DNA from: Octopus sinensis
Lineage: Eukaryota
Assembly (NCBI RefSeq): GCF_006345805.1
Contig: NC_043005.1
Coordinates: forward strand, 60,140,001 to 60,204,000
Direction of reading: 5' to 3'
DNA length: 64,000 nt
In this document: in pieces, positions 34,505 to 49,880 of the stretch
Position numbering within the stretch: position 1 is the stretch's first letter
Layout of the letters: the number at the start of each line of letters is the position of its first letter
Notes under the pieces: generated by a model
Told to the model about the DNA's origin: nothing
Database searches by the model: none
Seen by the model: only the letters and a program-made list of their open reading frames with translations
Made by a program: the position numbers and the translations under genes

Positions 34505-36843
34505 TATACCACGCACATCCTGCCGATACCAAGTGCAAGGCAATAGTATGTGTCCCATAGCTCAGAAGACCGCGTAGGCGAGCTCAGCAAACCAACTTAC
34601 TTAGAGCGGAAGAAGCAGTAGTCAAAGAAGTCAGAATAATTGAAAATAACAACCAAAACCGTTGAATACAACGGAAATGCAAGAACTTTATCTAAAAAGC
34701 CAATAACATTTATGGAATGAATAAACAGGTCTTTGAAGAGATTTTAGAGTTCTTTTATTTACCTCTGAAATGTGTAGACTTCTTCTGGTGAGCTCTTTTC
34801 TGTTTCTTATTAATGGACTATTGTTATTTCTGAATACACTGTTCCATTCCACCTTCTTTATGTTGCTAACTTCACACTAATTTCTATTGTATATTCTGTT
34901 AAGAACGTAGTAGTGTACAACTGTATAAAGCTCGCCCACCTTCAGATTTCACCCTGTGCTATCCAGTTGTATAGCAGAATACGTACTTCTAGGTTTGCGT
35001 CTGGCCATTTGTCGTGAGTGAATAGATAATTGACTCTTAATTATTTTTCCATTACATATATAATATAATATTATTATCGTAAACTTTCCCTTTATATATA
35101 TATATTTCTTCCCTTCTTTCCTGAACGTCCAATAATACTTTATTTGTTCCACGTCCTCGCGTTGTTGTGTTTCTTTGCTTTTGTGTTTTCTTATTTGGAT
35201 TAACTTTATATATATATATATATATATATTATATTTGTGTGTCTGTGTACATTGATTGTATGTGTGTTTGTGTAGATTGATAGGTAGATAGACAGATAGA
35301 AATATATATAGATAGATAGATGGATGGATGGATGGATGGATGGAGACACATGCAAACATACAAAGAGATAGAAATCATGCATACCTATATCTTTCAAGGC
35401 GACGCATCGCTTGAAGGTACCTTCTTTTTCTTCTTTTCGTTTTGGGATATTGCTGTTGCTTTTGGTAGCAACACTTGAAATACATTGTAAGCACTCTGAT
35501 TACAGTATAAGCAATGGCATACGTAAAAGAGGAGCTGTCGTGCGAATGTGTATGAATAGATGACTTCTAAGGAAACGTTGATATTTCCACTCGTAGGAAG
35601 ACTGCCTATTACATTCTCATTTTTCTCGCTACATTTGACCCAAATAGAATTTTTGCCCCAAATAGAATAGATACAAGTAAAAAAAAAGCTCCAGAGATTT
35701 AGATCGTGAGAATTCCATCCTGTATATCAATCATTTTCCTGATTCTTCAATTTGTGGACATTTTCAGCGTAAAATTTATCATGCTCCATATGAAAAATCT
35801 AATTTAAATCTAAATGAATCGATTTGTTTGACTAAATACAGAAGAAAACTAATAAACTTCACATGATTTTTGCGTAATTGCTCAGCCTGGATGAAACGAG
35901 AGAGGATAATTGCACCAATGCACATAAATTACACCACTGCATATAAATAGCAAAGCTATAATTTTCAAAATCATTATATTGAAAAGAACACCTCTCAAAT
36001 AAATTGCACGCAAAATTTTTGTAATGAAATTGTTCGATATGTTGAAAATCTATATATTTAACTATAAAATTGAAACAAGTATCGACATTTACTATGACAA
36101 TAAAAATCACTTTTTTTCATACACAACAGAGCATAATTTATCAAAGTCTATGAAATTATAATAAGAAATTCCTAATTTCCTATGCTGAAAAATGTATCAC
36201 TTCTGAAAAAAGTCGCGTTCGTGTAGTGTCTGTAATCAATGTACATTAGAACAAAACTTTCTTGGTTAATCATCAAATTTGCATTTTCTATCACGCGAAG
36301 TTAATGAAGTGGATGTACGGTATTGGGAGACTGAATCTACGAACCGTTTCATAAACACACTACATCAACCTCCCTCGTTTTCTGTCTTTAAAAACATGGT
36401 GTAACTCATTAGAAAGTAGAGCTGAATGTTCCAGTTATTCAGTTTTATTCTAGTTTGAAGATGACTCCATAGTTTTTACGCACAAAATGTAAGGTACCAT
36501 ATGGAGAGTAATGTTCTTTACTGCTAGATTTACAGATATATGTAGTTCTCCCGTAGAAGAACCGTAATTAAATTCTGAGAAGCTACTCTATTTATAGTTT
36601 CGTAGCAAGACAGCAACAAGCCATAATTAACTCTTTGTTTATTTCCCACTCCAATCCAAGAAAATTAAAATTCATAGGTTTTGCCTTGTCACGTTGCAAG
36701 AGCAATAAAAATGTGAAACAATTAACTATAAATACGTAATTATTTACACTCTTGTGTGAATTAGTGGACATTGATTTACTTTATTCTCTAACTTATTCAT
36801 CACATCACTTCCTATATTTGTCTCTGTGTATATATAAATATAA

Positions 36844-36890
<47 letters not shown>

Positions 36891-36954
36891 CATATGAGTA
36901 TATATATATATACATATACGTAAATACACGCATTCTAACACACACACATACACT

Positions 36955-36986
<32 letters not shown>

Positions 36987-36991
36987 CACAC

Positions 36992-37065
<74 letters not shown>

Positions 37066-38729
37066 TATTTTGTATATTTGTGTGTATACATATCTCTGCA
37101 TTTCTGGCATTCCTGTATGTGTATATGCGTGTAACTTCATGTATGTCTGTATAAATGTGTCAAGAAATATGAAGTTTTATTGCTTACTTTACAGATAAAA
37201 ATATGCTAATAATTAAATGTTAATTATTTCCATTCACATAATCAATTTCTACTCAAACTGTATATCAAGCGAAGAAAAAAAGTTGTTTTTAATGTTTTAA
37301 TGATATGTTTAAAAATAAAGAGCTTGAATTTTTCCCTTGTAATTATTGTCTGAATTAATGACATTCGCAGAAATAAACGTCAATAAATTTTTAAGACCTT
37401 ATATATCTGGAAAGTGAATTTATATAAGGATGCCCAGGTCTTACATCTTATTCCAAGAAAACATATGTGAGGTATTATACTTTTCTCAACCAACTTTAAT
37501 CGATAATATATAATTTATATATTTTATGATTGTGACACCATTTCAAATATGATGTTTCTTTTGTATGCCATTGAAGATATCAGCCGAAGTAATTCTGTTG
37601 CTCTTCATCGAAAAACAGTAAATGTACAAGCCCAATCTTTCATGCTATGTAAGATTATTTGGTTTGAAGGCTATCATAGTGTCTACTAGTTTCATTAGAT
37701 GCTTTACAGCATGTGGTCAATAAATACTGAGAATCTGACTTCAACAAGTCAAAAACATCAGCAAGAATACATCTATTACAATTAGATTAATCACTGTTGC
37801 TCGAAGTGCATATTTACAATGCAAAGTTTTATTATATTGCATTCCGTCATATAAGTTAATATTTGTGCAGAGAAAAAGAGAACTACGTTCATTGTTTCAT
37901 ACTATCTGTGATAGCCATGACTAAGCAGTTTTGTTCTACATTTTATATCGCGTAACAATACTTTGCAATAATTCATCAGAAAAATTCCAGTTTATAGAAT
38001 GTAATGAAAGTAGCAACAAACCCACGATATTATGTACATATATAATATCCCTTAATTCCTTCATATCGGGAACAATTCCTTACACGTACGGATTACATAC
38101 ACTGCATGTATTGCTTCAAGGACCATGAATCAGAAGATTGAAACTTTTGATGAAGTTAGATCATGGCATAATATTTGAGCGTTGCTTCAATATCCCAAAT
38201 ATTGCTTATTTCACAGACATTTGCATTTTCTTGTCCTAAGCAACTTCCAGAAGTCTGGATACTGATTTTATATACGTTTCTGTGTTGTCCATTCTGAATT
38301 ACCTTGAGAAGAATAGCAGAATGCAAACAATGTTCTGCGATTCGATGTATATGCAATAAAGATTTGTAATTTTATTATAAAAAGAAACACTTACACCCGT
38401 GATCGCATATACACATACATTCACACATACAGTAACTAAAAAAAACTCGTATGCAGACATACACACACAACTTCACACACGCGTGCACACGTATATAAGC
38501 ATGTCTTATATATGCTTATTTATATTTCTGTATGATTTCATAGATAGGTAGATTAGACAATACATTATTTCCTGAACCATATGTGAAATGCTTCAGAAAG
38601 TAGGATTTCACTAGACTGCTACTTCACTATCCAGAACTATCATTATCAGAAACAACATGTAGAAAGTACAATTTTATATAGCATATGTACATCCTCCACC
38701 ACACACACATACATACATATATACATACA

Positions 38730-38836
<107 letters not shown>

Positions 38837-38987
38837 CTTATATACGCATATATACATATTTAACGACGGTGCATCAGCATGGCCGCAGCTCTGAGCTGAT
38901 TCTAAAGCTAAAAAAAAATATGCTTTAGTACGTACTGGAGCGTATGTTTATTGAGTTCTAGCTACAGTTTACTAGCGTCACAATATT

Positions 38988-39056
<69 letters not shown>

Positions 39057-39713
39057 GCATACATACATACACATATGTGTGTGTGCGTGTGTGCGTGTGT
39101 GTGAATGTGTGCATATGCGAATATACGTATATGTGTGTGTGTCTGTGTGTATGCATATGTATTAAATTGGTATGGTGTCTAAGTGAATTAAATGTATTTC
39201 GACGCAAAGTTAGGAACGGAAAATTATATTATTATTTCTAACACAGTGATTTTGGCAAAGGATGTAATCATAAGCAGGAAACCAGAACGACTATGAACCC
39301 CAAAATGCAAATTTAATTAGAATATATAGCTTCATGATTAGAAACCAAGAACTTCAGGTTTGCGAAAGTGGGTTAATAGATCAGATTCTAACTTTCAGTA
39401 TATTATACTCACAATAAATACAGAGATGATTTACAAGAGAAATTTTCTTTTATTGTTATGCATTACTATAATGTAATGTGACCTGCAGCATTTACGTACC
39501 ATAAAAGAGGAATATATAAGAGTTTAGATGAAGTGAGAATGTACAATCTCTGAATATAACAAGCAATTTTCTTTTTTTAAATCAATATAAATTTCATGTG
39601 GACATATTTTATTTGGCCATTGGTTAGTGTTCAAACATTGTAATACACGGCAAAAGTAAGAACTTACCGTGCATATAGTTACTCGCGAAAACAAACATAT
39701 AACCCTCTCTCAC

Positions 39714-39940
39714 AAGAAGAAGAAGAAGAAGAAGAAGAAGAAGAAGAAGAAGAAGGAGGAGGAGGAGGAGGAGAAGAAGAAGAAGAAGAAGAAGAAGGAG
39801 GAGGGGAGAGAAGAAGAAGAAGAAGAAGGAGGATGAGGAGGAGGAGGAGGAGAAGAAGAAGGAGAAGAAGAAGAAGAAGACGAAGAAGAAGAAGAAGAAG
39901 AAGAAGAAGAAGAAGGGGAAGAAGGAGGAGGAGAAGAAAG
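39714..39940. repeat. (GAA)n/(GGA)n almost pure purine tract
   Basis: Direct inspection; only isolated pyrimidines. Confidence 0.95.
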
Positions 39941-40149
39941 ACGGGAGTGGCATTATCCTGTAGTAGAAGTTGTCCATGGAATTTATTTTAATGTTCAAGT
40001 GGCCAGTTGTGGTCGTAGCAGCAGTAGTAGTAGGGACTGTTCTGAATAGATTCGTGGGTAGCGGCTGTTCTAAAAATAGTAGTATCATCTGTGGTGGAAG
40101 CATTCATAAATAGGCTTATAATTTGCGATAAAATATGATTTCTTTGCTG

Positions 40150-41310
40150 ATTATAGGTTACATTGTCCCTAAATTTATATATGGGAAAATTTCTAAAATT
40201 CTAAGGTTATGCTTTTCATTAGTGACGCAAATGATGATGAGTTCGCTTAATGCTATTTTCCTGTATTCTCGTATTTTAATCTGGGATCAATGTACGGTTA
40301 TCCTCTGACGCGGACTGTTTATAGTTTGACCAATGTATTGGACTCGAAACCCTGAGCAAGTTAATACGTACATCAAGTTTACTGAAGCACATGGTAAGTC
40401 GTTTTTCACTGTAAAACTTTGACCCTGTTTGAAAGAGAACTCCGATCTCTCAATTAGGTTGACTCACATACAACAGTTAAGTCATCCGCATTTTTTTTTA
40501 ATGTCGGTTTCGATGTTGTCGACGATTGTACTTTGGGTTGTGTTAGAATACTTTTGATTGACTTGGGATGACATTTGCTCTTTATGACGGTGTGCGTTAG
40601 AAGGATTTGATTAATTATGGTCCCTTTTTAGTAAAGGAATGTTCTGGAAGATGGTGTCGAAGCTTCATTGTTTAGGGGGTTGTGTGTAGATATGCGTGGT
40701 GGTGGTTTTAATTGAAATTCATTCATTAGTTTGGGATGTCTGAGTTCGTGGATGTCGAGTTAGTTACATATCAATTAGGGATAGTAGGTGTTCCTTTTGA
40801 CGTGTATATCCTTCACCTCATGTAGTCGTTTGTCCCTGGTGCTTGTATCAGATGCTATAGTGCTAATCTTTTTGGCTAGGTAGAATGTGACATTCATTCT
40901 AGCGAGTATGGAGTGGCAAGAGTTGAACGGTAGACATTGCTTGGAGTCCATGGGTTTATAGTATGTGTCTCTAGTTTTATTTTGCTGTTGGATGTCTTAA
41001 GGATGTCGAGAGATAGAAGTTGTTTGCTATATTCCAATGTAAATTGAATGTTTATGTCAAGTCCATTTAGGAATGCTTGAAATTCTTGAAGTCTCTCTTT
41101 ACTTTAATAACAAAGAATAAAGCAGTCGTCTAGATATCTATTCCAGCTATTTTCCATGTAAAGGGAGAACAAGCTTCCGATTCTATCTAGGAATTTACGA
41201 TAAAGAGAGATTTCTAGGTGCCACATGACTTCGTTAGGAAAGGAAGAGGGCAATCTTTTCTCCAATTTAATCATTTTTTTCTTCTGAATTAATATGCAGC
41301 TTTGTTTCAC
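40150..41310 (-). mobile_element. Penelope-like element remnant (RT RYLDD + thumb + GIY-YIG)
   Basis: WNRYLDDCFIL, FLNGLDINIQFTLE, YKPMDSKQCLPFNSCH, CASVNLMYVLTCSGFRVQYIGQT..RQRITVH; stops and frameshifts. Confidence 0.88.
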
Positions 41311-41444
41311 TCTTAGTTGAAAAAGTTAAAATGGCAGAAACCGGCACTAACCATTACAAAATGTATTTCATAACGAAATTAATTTAGCATTTTGTACTTT
41401 TTCATATTTTCCTTATACATACCAACTCGTGTCATTTTTCAACA

Positions 41445-41486
<42 letters not shown>

Positions 41487-41548
41487 ATACACACACATAT
41501 ACATATATATATGATTTCATCCACATGCACACAGAAACGTTGTCAGTA

Positions 41549-41594
<46 letters not shown>

Positions 41595-41601
<7 letters not shown>

Positions 41602-42139
41602 AAATTCCTGTTACCCAGATCATATTTCACTTTGGGTGAAAACCTTATTATACTAGAATAACTAACTGCAGGATGTGTCACCACGAACAAACTTATTTCA
41701 TCTTACCTCTATTGATAAAATTATTTCTATAAAATTCATACAACGTGTAATGAAACAAAACGTATTAGGTATCATAATATGGAATCAAATATAATGTAAT
41801 GACTGACAAGGAAATTACAATAACATAAATATACATACACACACACACACACACATATGTATGTATGTATATTTATGTTATTGCGTTTTCCTTGTCAGAC
41901 ATTACATTATATTTGGTTCCATATTATGATACATAATACCGTTTGTTTCATTACACGTTTTATGTATTTTATATAAAAATAATTTTATCAATTCAGCTAA
42001 GATGAAATAAGTTTGTTCGTGGTGACACATCCTCCAGTTAGTTATCCTAGTATAATAAGGTTTCCACCCAAAATTGACATTTCATGATTATTTCGTTGTT
42101 GTCGTTGGGGTTTATGATCTGGGTAACAACGAATTTCTG

Positions 42140-42141
<2 letters not shown>
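41595..42141. mobile_element. Long foldback palindrome inserted in (TA)n
   Basis: 41596-41830 is the reverse complement of 41870-42141 at high identity, apart from a ~38-bp indel; microsatellite centre. Confidence 0.9.
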
Positions 42142-42190
<49 letters not shown>

Positions 42191-42471
42191 CATATATACA
42201 TACATATATACAAATATATATATATGTATATATAGACATATATATATATACATATGTATGTATATATATATACATATATATACATATATGTATATATATA
42301 CACATGCATATATATATATGAATACGTATATATATATGTATACATATACGTGAATATACATATATATACATACATATATACATATATACATATAGATATA
42401 TATATATATATATATATACATATATACATATACATATACATATATACATATATATATATACATATATACAT

Positions 42472-42518
<47 letters not shown>

Positions 42519-42520
42519 AT
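42142..42520. repeat. Degenerate (TA)/(TACA) low-complexity tract
   Basis: Direct inspection. Confidence 0.95.
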
Positions 42521-45500
42521 GGTGACGACGCCTCTGTTTGCAAGTGGAGGAATGAAATCATATTCCCGACACATTCTTCTAAATTGCGTATATTATTTTC
42601 ATGTATATGCGTGAAATCGATATTTTGTGATGTTAGGCTACATATTGCCTTATCTCGTATATACTTATACATGTACATACATCTATCCATCCATCCATGC
42701 ATACATACATACGTATGTATGTGTGTGTGTATATGTGTGTATAACTTGACAATTCGTCTACTTATATTAGTGCATCGTAGAATGTCAGTCAATAGGGCTT
42801 TTGGTCTCTGAATATAGTTTGTAAATATAAACAGATATCTGTTTTGACAGCATGTCGTTTTCTGGCGTTCCTGCTATGTGTAAACAGATATATATGTGAG
42901 TATAATTTCCTTATACTCACAGGTACATACACCAATCTACACAAACGTACACAGACACAGACACACGCACGCACGCTCATACACACGCATATATTCACGT
43001 ACATACATAGAGATGTGTGTCTCTGTAAATATATAAAGGAATATAAAGTGACAGAGATAGAGGGAGAGAGAGAGAGATAGAAACGAATATAGGTATATAC
43101 GTAGAGACAACCCTACATCTAATTATTTTGTAGACTTTTATATATACTTATACACACACGCCTATATAAATATATGCATACACGTGAATCACACGCAGGC
43201 ATATAGGCACACTAACACATACTCACACACACACACAGTCACATATATATATATATATAGATATGCGTATTTAGATATATGTATGTATATTATATATATA
43301 CACACACGTATTTAAAGAAGTTTATAGACATATACCAATATGCATACACGCTCACACACCCACACGAGCGCACACACCTACACGCACGCACACGCACTCA
43401 CATACACACACATACACTCACACGCAAATACAAACGTACACACTAATATGTATGTGTGTTTTTACACATTTTATAAAAATATTTTGATTTATTACTGATT
43501 TTCTGCAGCTTGTTTTTAACAACAAATATAACCACTGAGATTTGAGATTTAGACTCCATTCTGTCTGGAGTAGATATAGTGTGCATTAAATCATATAATT
43601 GGTAATATGTGACGATAGTCACTAGAGAAACGATATTTCAGTGAAATGATTCATCAAATATTTCTGTTTATTTCACGGCAACGGCCCATTACCACGCAAC
43701 ATATACATTTTTTTCTTTTATGGTCTAAATAAACGTAAATGTATAAATTTGCCTTTAGGCTATTGTGTAGTTTTGTTATATTTAAAACTAAAATACTTTC
43801 CAATAAGCAGTGTTTTTTTCTCATTTCTTTCTGATGTTTAATATTTTTTTTCCTTTAATCTCAGTGAAAAGTGTGTTTATTACGCCCCAAATTCACGCTG
43901 GGAGTCTCACTTTAGAATGTTTGAGGACTCTGATGGTTTTCGTCAACACAAAGTATAATGTAAATATCGCAATTTATCATTTCTATAGTTCTGCAGCCTT
44001 CAATATATGTCACAGAGTTGTGCATTTTAACGCATGTTGGAGGGAAGCATGGAACCCTAACATTAATAAGTCAAAGTCTTGCATATTTTATCAGTATTTG
44101 ATTTTTTTACGTTAGAAGTAGGTATCTAAATACTGCAAGTTATTTGAGCAGTGATATTCCCTCTTGATCCAAATTCGTTTCTTCGACCAAAAATTATTTC
44201 TGTTGGTCAGACAATACTCCAATTTACTCTAAGCGGCCTTTGTATTTTTATCACAACAAAGAGTCATTTGTGTCGAATATTAATATTGCATATACAGCTT
44301 AGAGTGTAAAATATTATATGATATTTAATAGCATTCAGAATCCTGAGAAACTGTTGCTGGTCTTAATCAGCAACATTCGTCAGTAAAAATTTTCAAGAAG
44401 CCAAATAATTGAGTAAGTTTACTTCCCTTGTGGAAAAAAGATATCCTAAAGTTCATACACATGTCTTAACGCGCTTTTAGAAAAGTACGAGCGCGTAATG
44501 TAAGGTTACGAGTGATATGGAAAGGTTGTTGCGTGGAATGTGGATAATGTGGAAGGTAAAAACAATGTAATATAGTCAAAGTGTGAAAACCTGCGTAGTA
44601 TGTTAGGTCGGTGAGTTAAAGGAATGATATTTAGAAATGAACAAAAGGAAATACGCAAAATAACAAAACACAAAAGAGGAACAGGGAAAGTGAATGAATT
44701 GATAATGAGAGATAAATAATTTACAGCATGTGCGGAAAGTAGTGAAAGGATATTCAATGAATTCACCTAGTGCTCAGAATTGTTTCCATATGAATTTCAA
44801 GAGAAACGAAGCAGAGAAGTTTCAGTCTTTGGAGATAGTTGAAAAGAGTGTATAGAAGTATGGGTGAGTGAGGTAAGTTGGTGGAATTTAAAATACAAGA
44901 CTATATTGCAATTATTCAACTATATTGAATAAGTGTAATAATTATAAGTACGATGACATAATATCCGCTTACATATACAGAGTTTATATACACATAAAAC
45001 GTATATGGACGTATAGATACAAGCCCATATACATATATACATGCGTACATGCATAATTATATACATACATACAAAACAACAGGCACATATATAGACATAC
45101 GCACACACACAGAGGAAGTATAACTCGAACAAAAACATGGGTAAAAGAAGAGATAGAGTTCTGAGCCAATTAAATTCTCTACAAGAACTGCCCCAACTGT
45201 CTTTTGGTTTCTGGACTACACTTTCATAAGAACAGAGTAGAAACAACTCAAATTACTTTGATACACTACTGTCACTTGATATATAAACCTGGCAATAAAT
45301 ATAGAGTTATCCATGTCATGCTAGCAATACAGACGGTAAAATGACTCGTTGGTTTTATGTGTTGATAATCAAAACATAGAACAGACACAACGCTTAGATT
45401 ACACAGGACGCACACATAGTATTACACAGACTGAGTCTCAACAGAAGGCATGAATGGAACGATATCACCCCTCCACTACACTGCGCAAGATGGCGACTAA

Positions 45501-45984
45501 ACAAAATAAAGAGCAGGAAAAGAGGTGAATACAAACCGTATAATAAATAGACCCATATACAAACACACAAGACACAAAAATACTTAAGACAGAATGAGAT
45601 AATTAAAGAAATAAGTAAATAAACGAGTAAAATGTTAAAAAGGCACTAAAATGTAAAAGAGAAGGGTAGCAGTGTAGTAAGCAAACCCAAGTACACGCAC
45701 AAGAAATATACTTTACATATGGACAAGCACACCTACACCTACACCGATACACACAGATATAGATGGAAACGCACACGCATATAAGAATACACACCACAGA
45801 AACACTGAATGGACTAAACAGAACAAAAGGAAACAGGTGGGGAGAAGAAGTTATTGAAGAGACCACAGGATTTGTGATGGAACATTTCAGACAAAGAACA
45901 CTAAACTAATAATAACAATAACAACAACCACTGATGCCGTACCATTGTCCTGATGCAGTATACTTGCCCTGATGCAGTACCAGG

Positions 45985-46518
45985 CACTGGCTCTTGTGGC
46001 TTTGATCTTAACTGATTGGAAGTGTTATCATGTACATTGTTTTGTCTTGGTATAAAAGATGGGCTACAGCAAATATTCTGCTCAATAACACAGATGTGCT
46101 TGTCAGTTGTTTGACCTTAACCAGTTGAGCATGTCCCTTAGTGGTTGACAATATGTGCATCTCTAATCAAAAGCAGAAGTAATGGGGGAGCATCATAGCC
46201 ATGTGTTGACAGGGGTTCTTTAGGGTTTGAATAATTCACCTCTGGAAACATGGGTGGTTCGTTCAACATCTTTAAACAACCCTTATTCAGAGACCTTTTG
46301 AGCGGGATGGGCTACTCGACCAGAAGAAAATTCTAACTGTTCCCCACCTGCAAGTTCATGTGCTGTTTATCTTGATATGAGATCACCATGTTGCGCACAT
46401 ATGGTTGTGATGCATGTGCCTGGTGTACCCTTATCAGACGGGTAGTCATGATTGGTATACTGAGCTTCGTATATTTTACCCAAGTTTCACTTCGATGGCA
46501 TGCACTGCTCTCTCACGC

Positions 46519-46520
<2 letters not shown>
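45985..46520 (+). mobile_element. Non-coding interspersed repeat (SINE or LINE 3' UTR-like) ending in an (AAT)n tail
   Basis: GC-richer non-coding block ending gcactgctctctcacgcaataataat; recalled as a high-copy Octopus repeat, not verified. Confidence 0.55.
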
Positions 46521-46555
<35 letters not shown>

Positions 46556-46563
46556 GCAGCAGC

Positions 46564-46608
<45 letters not shown>

Positions 46609-46667
46609 GGTGGTGGTGGTGGTGGTGGTGGTAGTAGTATTAGTAGTAGTTGTTGTTGTAGTAGTAA
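46519..46667. repeat. Compound trinucleotide microsatellite AAT>AGC>AGT>GGT>AGT>TGT
   Basis: Direct inspection. Confidence 0.95.
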
Positions 46668-48866
46668 AAAAGTGAAGAACCAGTATATAGTGCGGGTGGT
46701 TATTTTGCAAAGAAAAAAAGAAAACGGCCATCCACAAATATAACTATATCTGTTTCAATACAGACGATTTCACATTATTAACCTTATATATATATAAACA
46801 CAACATGTAATTGGTTAAACGATATATTATTTCATAGAACATATTTAAAACACATGTTCATTATTAGACCTATATTGTTGCAACATGAGAGTTGAAGTAA
46901 TATATGATATTGCTAACCAGAATGATGAACAGAGACAAGGTGTATTTGCTACTTAGTTACATATCTATAGTCGATGATATAATCTATTCAGTTTACTTGG
47001 TCCTGTACTTGAATTTATTTTATTCGACCTCGTAAAGCAGGGCATTATATATGTCGCATCAAGGAGATTTAAGCTTTAAAGCATTTCTAAATTTTTTTTA
47101 AAGTGTACATATACTAATAAACCTGGCACTCTTCATCCTCACTATACCACTTTCTCTTCTCCTTCTGTTTCTATTCCTCTGTCTTTCGCGTTCCTTCATT
47201 CTCTCTCTCTCCCTCTCTCTCTCTCTTGCTTCACATGTCATGCATACAGGTCTTGACAATCATGAATTTCTCTACTAAAGTCTGAAAATTCATAATCTTT
47301 CTTGGGAAACATAAATCATTGGTTTCACATTGTTTTCTGTTGGTTTATTTAATTATTTGCTCGGCCAGGTTTCTGCTACCGTGAAAGTATCCTTCAGGCA
47401 TACGGTCATATTCTAACCTTACACATGGAACAGGTTTGCCCGATATTAAAATGTGTACAGAAGTGGTAGGTCTGCATATCTTATGTCTAGAATCCAAACC
47501 TTTAGCGAGTTCTGTAAGACTTGGTATCAAGGCCATTACTAGGGCCCTTAACAGGTACTACCAGCTCGGTCCATATTGGAAGACTGGTGTGTATGAGGTA
47601 ACTCTACACTCTCACATGTCCGAACTATAGAACTGGATGTAGTTTAATGTCTTTGCGCAGGCATTTCAATAGATAATTGTAAATAGCGTAGGTTTAGTTT
47701 AAATTGCAGCGCGGACCGATGCAGTCATTCATAAATCACAACAAAAATGGCTGAAAGTTATCAGTAAACCACAAGAGCTTAAATTGTCATAAAGTAACAG
47801 GAACACAAATAGTTAGCAGAAACGCTTCCTTCTTATAGTCGTCATTGAAGTCTTTTTATCTGCATTCTACATATCACATTATTCTGCTTAGTAAAATAAA
47901 GGGCGTAGTGAATTTAGCTTTCAATATAAAAGGCTGCAATCCTCAGAATTATAATGGATTTCTGAACAACGGTCCTTGCGTAATTTATTGTAAAACTAGT
48001 CGTAGACAGATGATGAGAGTTTCGCTGTGAGGAGTGCTGTAAGGCAAAACCTATATTAATTATTTTAACATTAATAAAGATATTATTTATATTATTTACA
48101 TTTGACGATTCAATAGTAAGTATATTTAAGATGTTTCATTATGTGATACCATTTCTACCATTAAACACGGGCAAAAATCACCACCGTGGTGATTATCAAA
48201 CATGTGGCGCACCATAAAATACGAGAAACGGTAGAGAACATCGGAGAAGGAAATTGTTGTTATGAAGTTAAATGAATCCGAAATCGGTTATCGGTTTTCC
48301 ATAGTAATTTGCTATTGCTTGCAGCGGTATAGAATATTAATTAGCTCCTACTGATTATTCAGTACAGCGATCGACTTTTACAAAAGTTCCAATCGATATT
48401 TAACGAAAACACGTAAATGAAGAATTTGGCGATTTGGTGAGGAACATGACGAGTTCATTGTGTTTGTTCAAGTGTGCCAATGACACAGTATAGGGAAATA
48501 AAATGACTAATGCGGTGTTTACTTCATCAAATATGTTAACACTAACTAAAGTGATATTTTAATTCATTTCCTAATAACATAATCAATAATTTATTTACTA
48601 TAAATAAACCAAAAAAATGTGATTCTACTTTCATTAAATATTTTAACATTAATTTAAATATTGTTTGTATTTCATGTGTATGGCTTTTCTCAATTATCTA
48701 AACAATTACAGAATTTCGTTCATCTGCATTTAATCGAAGAATGCTGGATCAATTTATTTGCAAGTATGGTGTACTCGGTTCTTCTCCGACCTATTCATAA
48801 AGGCGAAATAGGTCCGGACTTGCCACCCGTATTCGCGGAAATCATTAAAATTATGTTACTCAATAT

Positions 48867-48997
<131 letters not shown>

Positions 48998-49064
48998 TCT
49001 CCTCTCATAACTGTTACAAATTGTCTTTTCTAATGTCTGGTACCTGAAATAGCTAAACATTATT

Positions 49065-49880
49065 TTCCGTTTAGCTCAAGCTACCTGAAACACATCAAGA
49101 GGAATATCCCCTTTAATTTAGCAAAAAGGATTTGCACAATAATGTGTAATGCAAATACTCGGGACCTCCCTCTTCAAGACCTCATAGCAACAGTAACTGG
49201 GAGACAATATCCACCATCACTTATAGACGGTTGCATTAAGCGTGCCAAGAAATTAAGCATTAAATCCCTAAGAGAAACAAAGTGTAACTCCACACCACAT
49301 CTCAAAACACTACCATATATATCAACACACAGGCCTAGAAACAATGAACCATACAACACTATTGTACAAAATTTACCTATGCACACCAGAAATCTAAAAA
49401 TGAAGAACATACTGAAAACATAAATTTATCAAATGCAAAAAGCAGCACAAATCGCTGTTACACAACAACCACGAAACCAATGTTTAAAAATGTGGAGGTC
49501 TAAACTTTGGAACATTCCCCAGCCTAAAAGAAGGCTCGGAATACCTATTTAAAAGACATAGGTTTGCAATTAAATACAACTTCGCTTGTGCCTCCGAGAA
49601 TCTAATTTATGTTACACATTGTTCAGTTTCTGAACGTAACTATATAGGACAGATAAGTATAGCTTTAGACGGAGAACCGCCCTACATAGGGGACAAATCC
49701 GTTCACAACAGTAAAGACAGATTCCTTCAAGTGAGCACGTAGGTGTGCATGCAATATCCAAACAAACATCAGTTTTCCACATATATCAGTGCAAAGGAAA
49801 AATATATGTACAAGAACGCATAAAGAGAATTCATTTATCGAAAACTACAGAACGCACCTAAATATGAACGCATAAACGAG
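49065..49880 (+). mobile_element. Penelope-like element remnant (RT thumb + GIY-YIG)
   Basis: KHIKRNIPFNLAKRICTI..RQYPPSLIDGCIKRAK..LPYISTH; FACASENLIYVTHCSVSERNYIGQ. Confidence 0.85.

Noticed and set aside
39624-40103. 159-aa poly-L/F/S ORF
   Set aside because: It is the antisense translation of the GAA/GGA tract.
43865-43952. Possible exon EKCVYYAPNSRWESHFRMFEDSDGFRQHK, or a formin-like ECLRTLMVFVNTKY in another frame
   Set aside because: Two competing frames, only motif-level resemblance, and no supporting exons.
44341-44390. 8-bp hairpin next to CUGACGA (-) and GAAAC (+) as a hammerhead
   Set aside because: The core halves lie on opposite strands, so no valid topology exists.
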